From Amoeboradix gromovi X-113 (lineage: Eukaryota; Fungi; Sanchytriomycota), in NCBI GenBank assembly GCA_018985225.1, contig JADGIF010000616.1:1-5923 (forward strand): DNA of 5,923 nucleotides, read 5' to 3'. A model generated the notes under the pieces. The model saw only the letters and a list, made by a program, of their open reading frames with translations, did no database searches and was not told the DNA's origin. Below, piece by piece: positions 5,601 through 5,923 of this stretch. Made by a program: the position numbers and the translations under genes. How positions within the stretch are numbered: position 1 is the first letter of the stretch; each line of letters starts with the position of its first letter.

Positions 5601-5923
5601 TTTTATGGATTTAAGAGACGAGTGGACATTCAGCTAGTTGACGAGTATAAAAGGAGAATAAATATTCTGTACAGCTATTCTCTTACTCTTTCATCCAATC
5701 TTTTTCAAATAAAATATCACTACTACTCTTTAAAAACTAGAATAGATAAGAGTAATGATGTTAGTATAACATTAAATGACACTAGAAGAGAATCCCGTCT
5801 AGGAAAATGCACCTTTTGCGTAGATGCTCAAAGACCTCATATATTTGAACGAGATGCAGGGTTTTCTAGTTTTATTTTGAAGAGGGGAATACAATCAATG
5901 AAAGAAAATTGGTATAATAGAAG
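5601..5923 (+). other. Stop-free reading frame open to the right edge (107 codons, first ATG at 5898); possible exon or gene remnant
   Basis: FYGFKRRVDIQLVDEYKRRINILYSYSLTLSSNLFQ...RLGKCTFCVDAQRPHIFERDAG...SMKENWYNR. This is long for AT-rich DNA, but no family was recognised. Confidence 0.25.
5657..5703 (+). repeat. Copy 2 of the 47-bp imperfect inverted repeat (partner at 187-233)
   Basis: AATAAATATTCTGTACAGCTATTCTCTTACTCTTTCATCCAATCTTT, 40/47 identical to the reverse complement of 187-233. Confidence 0.85.

Noticed and set aside
1-5923. Prokaryotic systems (operon, CRISPR array, IS element) and tRNA/rRNA genes
   Set aside because: The genes are eukaryotic, and I saw no repeat-spacer array, transposase motif, cloverleaf or rRNA signature.

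Overview
AT-rich, gene-dense eukaryotic DNA in the standard genetic code: all four complete genes end in TAA, and spacers between them are only about 90-150 nt. A Pcl-type cyclin and a yeast-like eL24 suggest a compact early-diverging fungal or opisthokont genome, but that is inference. From left to right the window holds: the 5' end of an unknown minus-strand ORF; a type-I membrane protein with three PAN/apple modules; ribosomal protein eL24; a rhodanese + dual-specificity (MAPK) phosphatase; a minimal Pho85-type (Pcl) cyclin; and about 900 nt of unexplained, possibly decayed coding sequence. The main observation is that the two ORFs 757..1665 and 1694..2086 appear to be one gene joined by a 19-nt GT-AG intron (1652-1670, GTATTTCGCACTAATTTAG). 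Its branch-point TAA doubles as an in-frame stop just before the transmembrane helix, so splicing would give a receptor and retention a secreted ectodomain. Also notable are a 47-bp inverted repeat plus a permuted 24-bp block shared by the two window ends, and a recurring CACG + CCC motif pair upstream of the four start codons.
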